This document shows positions 19,848 to 29,952 of a stretch of 64,000 nucleotides of DNA, piece by piece. The translations under genes were made by a program, and so were the position numbers. The notes under the pieces were generated by a model, which saw only the letters and a program-made list of their open reading frames with translations, was not told where the DNA came from and ran no database searches. This DNA is from Chitinivibrionales bacterium. GTDB lineage: Bacteria; Fibrobacterota; Chitinivibrionia; Chitinivibrionales; WJKA01. The first letter of the stretch is position 1; each line of letters starts with the position of its first letter. Location: contig JBBRUX010000012.1 of NCBI GenBank assembly GCA_038247415.1, forward strand, positions 22,339 through 86,338, read 5' to 3'.

Positions 19848-22298
19848 TTACTTTGATTTCTTCCTTCGCATCTGCCATCCCACCGCGCCAAGAAGTACCA
19901 GAACATAAACTCCCAGCGCAACTGTCGTAACTTTTCGCCACTTAACGGCGCTTGGAGAGTTGTAGGTTAGAATTACAGTGCTGATGCCTTGAGGAATAGC
20001 AATCCCTTTACAGGCAACGTTAACTCGATAAACTTGAGCCTTTTTGCCGTTAACAGTTGCTGTCCAACCTGGATTATAGTTTTCTGTAATAACGAGAACT
20101 TGTTCTTTGTTTGATGTTACGTGCAGAGCAATGTGCCCTTTACGAATCTCATACTTTGTGATTACTATGGCATTCTGTAGTGTTGAATCGATGGAGTTTT
20201 GCTTGGGAAGTAGCGGCAAGTCCCGATTGTTAACAATAATCGTGTTTTGCGGAATAATGCTTTGGTCAAGCATTGCGGTAAGGGAAGCTATTTGATCTTG
20301 CGCCCCAATGTATTCTGATGCAAAATAAAACCGCGGGAACACAGTAGTGTTTTTGTAAATCCGCAATCCATTCGAATTTAAAATAAGCGAGCAGCTCGGG
20401 GTAGTAACTTCCTGCAAAGCGAGGATGTATTTAGCATTAATAATATTGAGAAGGTTAGAATACCGGTTCATGAGCTGCGGTATGTTCTGGTATTGAGGCT
20501 GCCCAATTGCATACGAGGCACTTTGGAGAACTTGGATTAAGTCATTATAATTTTTATCGGGAAAGTCATCAAAAATAAAGGTGAAATCTATTCCGGATAT
20601 GTTAAGTCGGCCATCGGGGATCATCGAATGCACCCGATACAGCGATGTGTCTATCTGGGTAAAAAATTGTCCAATAGAGTGTTCGCCTGCTTCCTGGCGT
20701 AAAAAGGCGGTTTTTGGTTTTGCTGCTTGCGAGAGAAATGGGTAGGAGATTCTAAGTGCGTCGATAAGGATACAGGCGAGTGTTAGTCCAATAAAAACGG
20801 GCATGGAGATCTTTTTTTTCATGACCATATGTGCTGCAATGCAGAAACCTGTTATCACAATAAATGTAAAGACTGCACCTGTTTGCATTGTGGGCAAATA
20901 AGCTTGCAAAATGCGAAATTTTTGATCTTCACGTGCTGCAAGAGTATATATTGACGAATACCACCATTGAGCCAAGGGCCCCGTCGCGATCATGAAGAGA
21001 AATGCGCCACCTACCGATATTCCGCTTGCCCATAAAAACTTTTTGAAGTAGAGTGCATTATTTTCTGCTACATTTTTTCGGATTGCTTCAAGAGAATAGG
21101 CAGCGAGAGCAAAAGCCGAAAAGTAGCACCATATATACATCATACTGGGTGCTCGAAATGATTTGATCCCCGGTAAAAGCTCGTAAGCTAATCGATGAAA
21201 TGGGGTGTTTGGACCCAGGGCATAAAAAAGTGCCACAAGAAACGCTATACCAAAAAGAACTTGGTTGTGATTTGGTTTTTGAGCCACAAATAATAAAATT
21301 GCAAGAAATAAGAAGAGAATTCCAAAGTATTCAGAGTTAAGCTTAAGGCCATTCTGGCCCCAATAATATTCTTTCCAGCCAACAAAATCGGGTTCTATAA
21401 ACGAGGCTACTTCTTCCGCATGCAAAGCATAGGATGAAGCGTAATCATAATCTACACCCCCGGCTCGCTTTGATGTTTCTGTAGTGTTTTTCATGGACGG
21501 GAAGGTGTTCATTGCAGTGGTCGTTGCCCCCAAAGTCAGGGCTGCGACAAAAAATAGTGTTGATCGGATTGCGCTCGATACAAGGCGTTTTTTTGTGATT
21601 ATTTCAATTGTCATGCGTGCCGCAAAATAAAGGCCCATGCCAACAAGTACGAAGTATGCCATCTGTAAATGTTGAGAATATATTGACAACGCAATAAGCG
21701 GGACAATGCCCAAAATATCCCATATCGATGGTTTCTTAAATATTCGCTCCACAAAAAACATAAGTCCTGGAAAACATGCAATAACCTCCATTTTTGCAAA
21801 ATGGCCGGGAAAAATGTTAGAGACTAGGCCGGGGGCAAACATGAATCCAATCCCACATACATAGGCAACAGATCTAGATATACCAAGGGATCTCACGTAT
21901 AAAAACATGAATAGCCCAGCACAAAAAATCCAGAAAATGTACTCGAATATTCGGGCTTGATATTTAGGCATAATAAGGTAAAGCGGGTAGGTTGGGTTAA
22001 TAAACCTTCCAAATCGCCGTTCCATCATAGCCGAACCACCGTCAAGTGGAACCCATTTGTCGAGTGGACTGGTAAACGCATGGCCAAGGTCGCCATTCTG
22101 GCTATACCAACCCCGTGGGCCGTCGTCGGTACCGGCAATAATCGAAGAAAAATTGAGGTAGGGGAGGAAGTAGAGCGTGGCTAATACAAGGAATAGGGCT
22201 GCTGGGAACCATCGACTTGATACATAATTCTTTAAATTTATTTTGCTCGACAGAGATTGGCTGTTTGTTTGAGTTTCAGTATGGTGTTGGGTGTTCAT
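19848..22298 (-). CDS. YfhO-family (GT-C-like) multi-pass membrane protein
   Basis: Many TM segments, FRAPS, C-terminal ENYNPGWTATVNGK..RVN...GI.IP.G typical of YfhO. Confidence 0.85.
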   Translation of the reverse strand: MNTQHHTETQTNSQSLSSKINLKNYVSSRWFPAALFLVLATLYFLPYLNFSSIIAGTDDGPRGWYSQNGDLGHAFTSPLDKWVPLDGGSAMMERRFGRFINPTYPLYLIMPKYQARIFEYIFWIFCAGLFMFLYVRSLGISRSVAYVCGIGFMFAPGLVSNIFPGHFAKMEVIACFPGLMFFVERIFKKPSIWDILGIVPLIALSIYSQHLQMAYFVLVGMGLYFAARMTIEIITKKRLVSSAIRSTLFFVAALTLGATTTAMNTFPSMKNTTETSKRAGGVDYDYASSYALHAEEVASFIEPDFVGWKEYYWGQNGLKLNSEYFGILFLFLAILLFVAQKPNHNQVLFGIAFLVALFYALGPNTPFHRLAYELLPGIKSFRAPSMMYIWCYFSAFALAAYSLEAIRKNVAENNALYFKKFLWASGISVGGAFLFMIATGPLAQWWYSSIYTLAAREDQKFRILQAYLPTMQTGAVFTFIVITGFCIAAHMVMKKKISMPVFIGLTLACILIDALRISYPFLSQAAKPKTAFLRQEAGEHSIGQFFTQIDTSLYRVHSMIPDGRLNISGIDFTFIFDDFPDKNYNDLIQVLQSASYAIGQPQYQNIPQLMNRYSNLLNIINAKYILALQEVTTPSCSLILNSNGLRIYKNTTVFPRFYFASEYIGAQDQIASLTAMLDQSIIPQNTIIVNNRDLPLLPKQNSIDSTLQNAIVITKYEIRKGHIALHVTSNKEQVLVITENYNPGWTATVNGKKAQVYRVNVACKGIAIPQGISTVILTYNSPSAVKWRKVTTVALGVYVLVLLGAVGWQMRRKKSK

Positions 22299-22556
22299 GG
22301 AAATCCTTATTGGGAAAATCTTTGAAAAAGGTATTATTTCTGAATGAATATATTTTCTTAATATAGTTTAGAGCTTCTCATAATTAAATGAAATTATGCT
22401 GGAAATTATTAATTCATTTTCCTACTATTTCGTGATTTTATTAAGCATTGGTTTGCATTATATGAGAATACGAATCTGTATTTTATCAAAAATTGGCGTA
22501 AAGAAGAACTATTCACTAAATTTTACAGGATGATCTTTTAAGAGAGGCTAAAGAAG

Positions 22557-23675
22557 TTGAAAATTTCATTGTATTCCTATGATAGTATGAGAAACCCACG
22601 CTGTGGGGGCGGAGGTGCGTATCGCTTATGGACAATTCACACATTGCTCGCTAGCAGGCATCAAATTGCATTCTTTGGGGGTAAGTATCCGGGCGCTCAT
22701 AGCGAGATTGAACCGGGTATTAGCAAGAAGTTTTTAGGACTATCATCTCCGTATATTCTGAGCCGTATTAGCTATACCATTATTGCTACTATTCATGGCA
22801 TATTTTCATCTGCAGACCTAATCATTATTGATTATTCTGTGTTTTCTCCAGTTTTGTCATTCCTTGTTAACAGAAATAAAACCATAATCGAATTTTACCA
22901 TATTGTTGGCAAGGAAGCCTTTGGTAAATATGGCATGGCTGGTATTTTCCCATGGGGTTTTGAAAGTGCAGCGTTGCGATGTGGTAAAAACTTTATAACG
23001 CTTACCGATTCGATGGCTGATGTATTGCAAACGAAATACAACCACACAGCTGTTTGTGCATCGTATACCGGATATGATACTGCGATAGATAACCGTGATT
23101 TAAATGACGGTAGCTATATACTTTTTTTTGGAAGAATTGATATTAGGATGAAAGGTATCGATATCCTAATAGACGCATTTGATAAAATTGCTTTTGATTT
23201 TCCTCATAGGCTAAAAATTGCAGGGCGCGGCGCAGATGCAAGTATTGCATGGCTTAACAAAAGGATTAAAACCTCTACCTTTGGCAATCGGATAGACTTT
23301 TTTCAAAATGTTGCTAGCAAAGAGAAGTATGCGTTGTTTCATGGTGCAACATTTGTTTGCATGCCGTCACGTTTTGAAGGGTGGTGTATTTCAGCAATCG
23401 AAGCAGCAGCAAGCTCTAAAGCAACGCTTGGAACTCGAATTCCAGGTCTAAAAGATTCTATTCGCGAAGGAATTACAGGACTCTTGGTAGAACCCAATAA
23501 TGCAGGTGAGTTGGCTTTGGGTATGCAAACGCTTCTCAAAGATCGGGACTTACGTAATCGATTAGGATCGGCAGGCAACGTATGGTCCAAAAATTTTAGG
23601 TGGGAAGTTGTGGCGCAAAAGCAAGAGCAATTTTATGAACAAATATTTAAGGAATTAAAACAGAATAAGGGTTGA
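22557..23675 (+). CDS. GT4 glycosyltransferase
   Basis: GGGGA, FGRI...KG.D.L, PSRFEGWCISAIEA, G.TGLLV. Confidence 0.9.
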   Translation: MKISLYSYDSMRNPRCGGGGAYRLWTIHTLLASRHQIAFFGGKYPGAHSEIEPGISKKFLGLSSPYILSRISYTIIATIHGIFSSADLIIIDYSVFSPVLSFLVNRNKTIIEFYHIVGKEAFGKYGMAGIFPWGFESAALRCGKNFITLTDSMADVLQTKYNHTAVCASYTGYDTAIDNRDLNDGSYILFFGRIDIRMKGIDILIDAFDKIAFDFPHRLKIAGRGADASIAWLNKRIKTSTFGNRIDFFQNVASKEKYALFHGATFVCMPSRFEGWCISAIEAAASSKATLGTRIPGLKDSIREGITGLLVEPNNAGELALGMQTLLKDRDLRNRLGSAGNVWSKNFRWEVVAQKQEQFYEQIFKELKQNKG

Positions 23676-23696
23676 TTTGTGATGTAGATCACATTT
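23675..23696. promoter_or_regulatory. CRP-type palindrome
   Basis: atTTGTGAtgtagaTCACAttt, 19/22 match to the CRP consensus AAATGTGATCTAGATCACATTT. Confidence 0.7.
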
Positions 23697-23790
23697 TAGA
23701 AGACTCTCACACTATCACAATTTATATTATGATCCGTTTTTCATTTTCAGTTTCATCAGTTTTGAATGATCCACATCTTTTAAGGAGTAA

Positions 23791-24105
23791 ATGGTTTTGA
23801 GAACTAGAATAATTTAGAAATATTGCCTTCTCCCAAGCTTTATTATGAGTCTTTTATTATTCGGTTGTCGCGCCCCAATTACACCTGCATTCAAACCAAC
23901 GAATCTTTTATATACGCCAAATCAGGTAACAATTTATAAGGGTGCTGGTATGGCCCCAATAGCGCCTAGTCTAGATGGACAAGCAGACACTTTTATGGTA
24001 TCTCCTGACTTACCTAATGGGATTGTTTTATAGAGGGATGGTATTATTTCAGGAATTCAATTAAAAGCTATTTCAAGGGTAGCATATACTCTAACTGCCA
24101 TTTGC
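23791..24105 (+). pseudogene. Putative Ig-domain (He_PIG-like) lipoprotein relic
   Basis: AAGGAG RBS plus ATG 23791; lipobox LLFGC; VSPDLPNGIVL*RDGIISG..YTLTA; in-frame TAG at 23815 and 24031; truncated. Confidence 0.65.
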
Positions 24106-24108
24106 TTT

Positions 24109-25791
24109 TTAGCGGATAGAGAAAAACACAGTAGCAGATCTACCTGTTGTATTTTGATAATCGGTCGCAATTGCGTACAGAGCGTGTGATCCAATTGATA
24201 AGTTTTTAAGCTTTGTGCTATAGGGTGAAATTGAATCAACAGCAATTTTTACACTATCTCTAAAGAAGGTAACTTTTCTGATAGTGCCATCGGTATCAGA
24301 AGCAGTTGCTCTAACTAAAATAGAGTCGGTTGCTAAATAATTTGAATTGTTTGTGGGTGATGTTAGCGATACTCGTGGTGCCTGATTTACAGGATTCGCA
24401 GTAACAGTAAAATTGACTAGCATTGATTTTTTAGTTCCATTTGAATTGTCATAGGCTACTGCATAAATCTGATGAGGACCTACTGGCACGTTTACCAATT
24501 TAATGGTATACGGGGCGATACTATCGGTGGCAATCAGTGCACTGTCTCTATAGAGTATGACTTTCTTGATGGTACCATCAGAATCTGATGCGACCATAGA
24601 TACCACAACACTATCTGTTCCTAAAATAGACGCATTGTGAGCAGGAGAAATAATGCTTACAGAAGGAAGCTTGTTAGTTCCTTGTGTAACATTAAAACTT
24701 ATGGTTGCAGATTTAGTGGCAGCATTCTGGTTATCATACGCTATAGCGTAAACCTTATGTGAGCTTGGAAATACATTTCGGAACGCTGTTTTATAGGGCG
24801 CAACACTGTCGATGGCAATAAGAAGTGTGTCACAATAAAAAAGCACTTCTTTAACTATTCCATCAGAGTCTGATGCGGTTGCAGAAACAACGATACTGTC
24901 TGTAGTCTTGTAAGAAGCATTATTTATAGGGGATGTTATCGCTACCCGGGGAGCCTTGTTAACAACAGCGGGTTTAACGGTAATGTTGACTTTTGCGGAT
25001 TGAGCGCTAGCATTAAAATTGTCGTATGCTCTGGCATAAAATTGATGACCACCGACAGCTAAATTACTAAGCATAACTCTAAAGGAAGCAGTACTATCAG
25101 TCCCTAATGGTAGACTATCCATAAAAAATATCACCCGTGAAATTGTTCCATCTGAATCGGATGCCAATGCAATAAGAGGGACGCTATCAGTAGTTGTATA
25201 CGTTGCGTTATTGGTAGGGGATATAAGGGTTATTTTTGGGGCGACGTTGGGAGTCGTATCCCGTATTGTAACACCAAATTTTGTAAATCCAAAATCGGCT
25301 GACATATTTGCCTGATAAGGAATGACCTGCAAAGCTAGTGAAGTTGTGTTTTTTGCAGATATTTTGAAGAGAATGGGAAGAGATGTTGATACGAATTTGG
25401 CTGATGTGGAGCATGTTAGCGGTGTGCCATAGAGTAATTCGTTTGTAGCGCTTACAAGTGCGAATTGGGTTAATTTATAAGATCCGACTGGCATTAATAT
25501 CCCATTGCTTATAAATTGATTGTTGCTATTAAAAAGCTGTATTCTTTCTTGGTATTTGACATTTTTGTTAGTACTTGAGTCTGTAATAGTAACAATTGCT
25601 GCATCAATCTTTTTAACTGTACCGGAATCAATTGCAAGACTTTTTGCGAGTGAAGCAACGGTTCCACATGAAAAGGTGAACTCACCAGTTTCTGCTGGGG
25701 CTTTTGATGAAAGATCATTGGGTCCCTGACAACCCCACATAACAATTCCTGCAACTAGAGAGGAAGCGAATAACAAACGAGACATCTTCAT
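24109..25791 (-). CDS. Lipoprotein with four tandem bacterial Ig-like repeats
   Basis: Lipobox MWGC; four repeats of about 95 aa: P.V.I.SP.NN..Y...DS....A.ASD.DG.I.KV.F..D......DS.APY....N...G.H..YA.A.D. Confidence 0.85.
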   Translation of the reverse strand: MKMSRLLFASSLVAGIVMWGCQGPNDLSSKAPAETGEFTFSCGTVASLAKSLAIDSGTVKKIDAAIVTITDSSTNKNVKYQERIQLFNSNNQFISNGILMPVGSYKLTQFALVSATNELLYGTPLTCSTSAKFVSTSLPILFKISAKNTTSLALQVIPYQANMSADFGFTKFGVTIRDTTPNVAPKITLISPTNNATYTTTDSVPLIALASDSDGTISRVIFFMDSLPLGTDSTASFRVMLSNLAVGGHQFYARAYDNFNASAQSAKVNITVKPAVVNKAPRVAITSPINNASYKTTDSIVVSATASDSDGIVKEVLFYCDTLLIAIDSVAPYKTAFRNVFPSSHKVYAIAYDNQNAATKSATISFNVTQGTNKLPSVSIISPAHNASILGTDSVVVSMVASDSDGTIKKVILYRDSALIATDSIAPYTIKLVNVPVGPHQIYAVAYDNSNGTKKSMLVNFTVTANPVNQAPRVSLTSPTNNSNYLATDSILVRATASDTDGTIRKVTFFRDSVKIAVDSISPYSTKLKNLSIGSHALYAIATDYQNTTGRSATVFFSIR

Positions 25792-25909
25792 GCGAGACTC
25801 TTTTAAAAAGGTATGATTGGGAAAAAAATGTTGAGGCATCTGCCAAAACACTCTTTAAAACTAGTTTGCTTTTGTATACATTCATAAATTATTGAATTTT
25901 TTCCATTAC

Positions 25910-25931
25910 AAATGTGATGTGCGTCACATTT
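25910..25931. promoter_or_regulatory. CRP-type palindrome
   Basis: AAATGTGA-tgtgcg-TCACATTT, both 8-bp arms identical to the CRP consensus. Confidence 0.75.
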
Positions 25932-26002
25932 GCAGATTCCAGTGCTTCAGCTCAAAAAAGAAAACTAATGCAATTAAAACTAATATGACATGTATTTAGG
26001 CA

Positions 26003-26190
26003 ATGAGCCCGAAAGATAAACCTCTCGTTTGGTTGCGTGAAACGATACAATAGCCTCCCCTTTCTGAAAGTGCTTGTTTGGAAGCGGGGTTTTTGCTCAG
26101 GAGATTGCAGCGAGGAGAAAAACTTGCGCTGCCGCACTCTCGCCTAATGCCACGCGTTGGAAAAGATGTCATGAGTTGAGGATAATGGTA
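26003..26190 (+). pseudogene. RelE/HigB (Gp49/DUF891-like) toxin pseudogene
   Basis: MSPKDKPLVWLRETIQ*PPLSESACLEAGFLLRRLQRGEKLALPHSRLMP, then a frameshift to RCHELRI; truncated. Confidence 0.75.
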
Positions 26191-26373
26191 TGAATGATGC
26201 AAGCGGCTTCATGAGCATGATAATATTGTGAATATTCTTACTGTAGAATTTCGAAAAGATGCATAGTAAATGACAAATTGAGCTGTTTTAGACGACAAGA
26301 AACATATTCAGCGCTTAAAATTGTCAAATAAGACTTGCTTTCAAGTCTTTCATCCATGGCTAAGGAATACACA

Positions 26374-26998
26374 ATGAACAATTACCCTTGCGAGATATGC
26401 GGTAAATCATACCCGGAAGATACTTTGATTAAGGGTCATGGAATACGCCATGAAATTGAGCGGCTCCTGATCGCCGATCATCCGGGTTGGAATGGTGATT
26501 GTCGCATTTGTCGTGCTGACTTCGATCTCTATCGCGTGAAGTACACAACTGCCGTGATTTCGGAAGAAAGAGAAACAATCGATAATTTTGACAAATATGT
26601 GCTCAAGAGCATTCAGGAAAATGACTTGATAACATCCAATGCCAACGAAAGCATGGGGGGGGGGGCACGCAAAGTGTCGGTGAGAAAAGAGCCGATAAAA
26701 TGGCTTCGTTTGGGAGAAGCTGGAGGTTCATTCTTCTGTTCTTTGGCATTCTGCTTGTATAGCCGCGATTCAGGCGCCCATCATCATGATGAGTCAGAAC
26801 CGGCAGGCGGCAAAGGATCGAATCCGATCTGAGAATGACTACAAAGTAAACCTCAAATCGGAGATCGAGATCAGAACTCTTCACGAGAAAGTCGATCACC
26901 TTTTGCTCGATCAATGGTCGAAGATGATGAGCGTGCAGGAAATGCAGATTGAGATACTGGAGGAGATTCGAAACGGGTTGGATTCTCACAAGGAATGA
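26374..26998 (+). pseudogene. DUF1003 membrane protein pseudogene
   Basis: CEICGK N-terminus; frameshift at G11; ADKMASFGRSWRFI; internal deletion; AAIQAPIIMMSQNRQ..KDR..DY.VNLKSE.EI..LHEK.D. Confidence 0.85.
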
Positions 26999-27189
26999 CC
27001 TATACCGGCTTGCAAACAACCACGAAATCCCTCAAAGGCGAACATGTTGGGTTACTCTTATGCAAATTCCGCATCCGGCGGCTTCCGAGCATTGCCCTAC
27101 TGGTTTCGTTTGGCTGCGACACACCTTTCCAAACCGAATACTGCTAATGATTTTATACTTGAAAATGTTCCAATGATAAGTATTTTGCA

Positions 27190-27388
27190 ATGACTTTTGA
27201 GTTTAGGAGTGGACTCATTTTTATCCCATTTGAAATCCAATACGAAAATTCTTGGATTTTAATTGAAAATTGAATTCGGATTGTTTGAAACAAAGCTGAA
27301 AATAAATGGATTCATAGGAAATAATATTCTTAGTCAATTTGATATTTCTCTTAACTTTTCAAATCACCAGTTATTGCTGCAAAAATAA
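27190..27388 (+). pseudogene. Retropepsin-like aspartyl protease relic with internal deletion
   Basis: MTFEFRSGLIFIPFEIQYENSWILIEN joined out of frame to IEFG...INGFIGNNILSQFDISLNF; the DTG catalytic segment is missing. Confidence 0.6.
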
Positions 27389-27541
27389 ATCGATGAACCC
27401 AGTGATAAGACTGCGGACTCTGGAAGATTTCGCCCGTTACGCCATTTTCCATTGCTACTTGACATTCCTTCTAATTGCAGGTGATATCGAAGACCGATGC
27501 GCTGCGGTTTTACCTGAAATGTCAAGCATTGATCAGCTGTT

Positions 27542-28660
27542 CTAATTTCTTCGAGACGAAATAAGTGTTTTGGTTATACGGCCATTGTGCGAGGTGATTA
27601 CTATTCCTGATGTGTAAATTTTATTGTTAGGGCATTTTTTGCCAGCTAATGAATAAACTACTCTATTTTTAAGACCCGTTGTGAGGTCCTTAGAACCTAG
27701 ATTCTTTAATTCTTGAGAGGATCTAAACTGAAACGTCTGTATTGCAGATGTTGGGTTGTATTCATACGCGCCGATGTCAATTTGCTTCCCTTGTGGCCGT
27801 GCAATGCTTTCGAGGTCTAGTGATGGTGCTACATCTGCTGAGCCAGAATCGATTGCTGGGGAGGATGATTTTAGATGGAAGTTACTTTTGGTATAATCGA
27901 CAAAAAAAGCTTTATACGCTGAGTCAGAATTCTTTATTTGTATATTATGGTCGCTTGTGCTGCCGGTAAGGTTGAAGGCCGTTGCAAGGTTATTACGAAT
28001 TATGCAGCCTCTGCTTGGAGTTCCATTTTTATGAGCAAAGACGCCTATCCAAGGCGGGCCAGGGGTGGTGAAGTTTTCATCGAGTACTGTGTTGTTAAGA
28101 ATTCGACAATCGATAGCGCCGTACAGCGAAATGCCATGCCATGTATCTGTAAATACGACATTGTTTTCTATGAGCCAATCTTTACAAAAGCCGTCGAAAC
28201 AGCCGATGCCCTGAACATGCCCCCGCAGAGGTTGGGCGGAATCGAGGTACGATATAATTGTATTTCCTCGAATAATCATGCCTCTCACGGTATCTGTTCC
28301 AACACCGCTCGGGCCAACAGACCACGATTGAAACCCATCATCATGATTGACATTGACAGCATAGCATCCCGATATGAAATTATATTGAAAAACATCGTAG
28401 TCTCCAAGGCCCCGCAATCCGTCGCCTGCAAAATTTTCTACTTTACAATATTCTACAAGGCATGAGTCTCCTGTAACAGAAATTGCAAAATCTACATTTT
28501 TGAAATGACAGCGACGCGCAATTTGCTTGTTCCCACTCAGAGAAATGCCATTTGAAGTTAGGGTGTTCCATGCCAAGCTATCCCATGGAGCGCTGTTTTC
28601 TATACAAAATGCGTAACAATCCTCTGCGATACAATCGTAGCTCAATGATGAAAAATTGAT
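27542..28660 (-). pseudogene. 5'-truncated right-handed beta-helix protein with choice-of-anchor-Q-like end and CTD
   Basis: NHDDGFQSW, IENNVV, FHLKSSSPAIDSG..RPQGKQIDIGAYEY; no signal peptide; the N-terminus runs into an opposite-strand fragment. Confidence 0.7.
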
Positions 28661-28671
28661 CATGACGCGTG

Positions 28672-28920
28672 CGTCAAATGTTGCGGGTGGTTCGGGTGGC
28701 GAAACTACAAACGGCATCACAGCATGTATCGTGGATACGAACGGAGTGCCTGTTAAGGGGGCAGTTGTTCGCTTGCGCCGTAGCGACTATGTTACACGGC
28801 CCCCATCACTTGGCAAGTCGTCAACCTATGGGGCTGACATCCTGACGGATTCCCTGGGACGGTTTGCGCTCTATGATATCGATATGGGCCACTATCGTTT
28901 GGAAGTCACGGCAAAGCCGG
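28672..28920 (+). pseudogene. Lipoprotein fragment with carboxypeptidase-regulatory-like domain
   Basis: NVAGGSGGETTNG...VDTNGVPVKGAVVRLRRSDY...TDSLGRF...G.YRLEV; both ends missing. Confidence 0.6.
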
Positions 28921-29319
28921 GGGCATTGATGATCAGATTGACATCACGGATCCTGCGGATGAGATCCGGGTACAGCGCAAAGCTCTCTCTCAATCGTGGA
29001 TTGCATGGACATACGAAAACCAGAAGCCGGGCTCGAAGCTTTTTGTCGTCAGGAAAACTGTGGGATATTGATCTGAATCGTGCATCGAACACCATGTATG
29101 AAGGGGCTACCAGGCATGAAATCATGGATCTCGATATCGGCGCCGGTCCCTACCGCAAGAGCGCAGACGCCCGGGATTCCAGTGCTTGTTGACGTAGAGA
29201 ATCAGGAGATGATCTGCGGCCAGACGGGGCAGAGCTGATGTTCGCTCATTCAGGCCGGCAGCGTGAGTATTTACCGATACGAGAAGAGCGACATTCTCGT
29301 CCAGTTGAAGAACAACGGC

Positions 29320-29495
29320 TACGTTGACGGCTTCTTCATTGCCGAAGCACCCGGCAACCTTCAAACGTGCAATGCGCTTTTGGCCTACTATCAAACGGGG
29401 GCGCATCCTGATGGTCTGCAAAGGTTTGTACGTCGTTGGGCCTTTAGGCAGCACATCGCAATCAGTCGCTATCGATCCGATGCTTATTTGGAAAG
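29320..29495 (+). pseudogene. AbiEi (type IV TA antitoxin) fragment
   Basis: GNLQTCNALLAYY, frameshift, KRGRILMVCKGLYVVGPLGS..IDPMLI. Confidence 0.55.
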
Positions 29496-29952
29496 CGGTT
29501 AATGTTCGAAAGCACTATGGATGATGAGACGCTTGGTATCACGAGATCATCCAGGCAACAGTTGCTTTCGAGGAGCCTTTTTCGCAGGGTGTTGCATAAC
29601 CGTGTAACACTGTCGCAAACAAAACCACTCAAAGAGAAGGAATTTCTGCTATCTTATCTGCAGGTTACCAGACGTGAATTTCGGCGTCCCTTGGGGAGAA
29701 CAGCATACCCTTGAATCGGTTGATTTGCTGCTTGCGGGGTTGGCCGTTGCATCAACCGGCGCCGGATCATCACAACCGGAGTTCGGGCTTCGGCATTGGC
29801 AGGCGTCTGATCCTGGGGATTCTCGCAGATAAGGTCACCGCGGATCGAACGACCCAGACATCGCGGTAGGGACTCGCGGCTTTTGCAGTTTAGACAGCGC
29901 AATCGTATCTTTGTGAAGCAAGTCAATTTATCCAATTCCTGAGGAGGGGACC

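Noticed and set aside
23791..26190. Alternative genetic code (TAG recoding)
   Set aside because: TAG terminates many intact genes in the window, and the affected genes also carry truncations or frameshifts.
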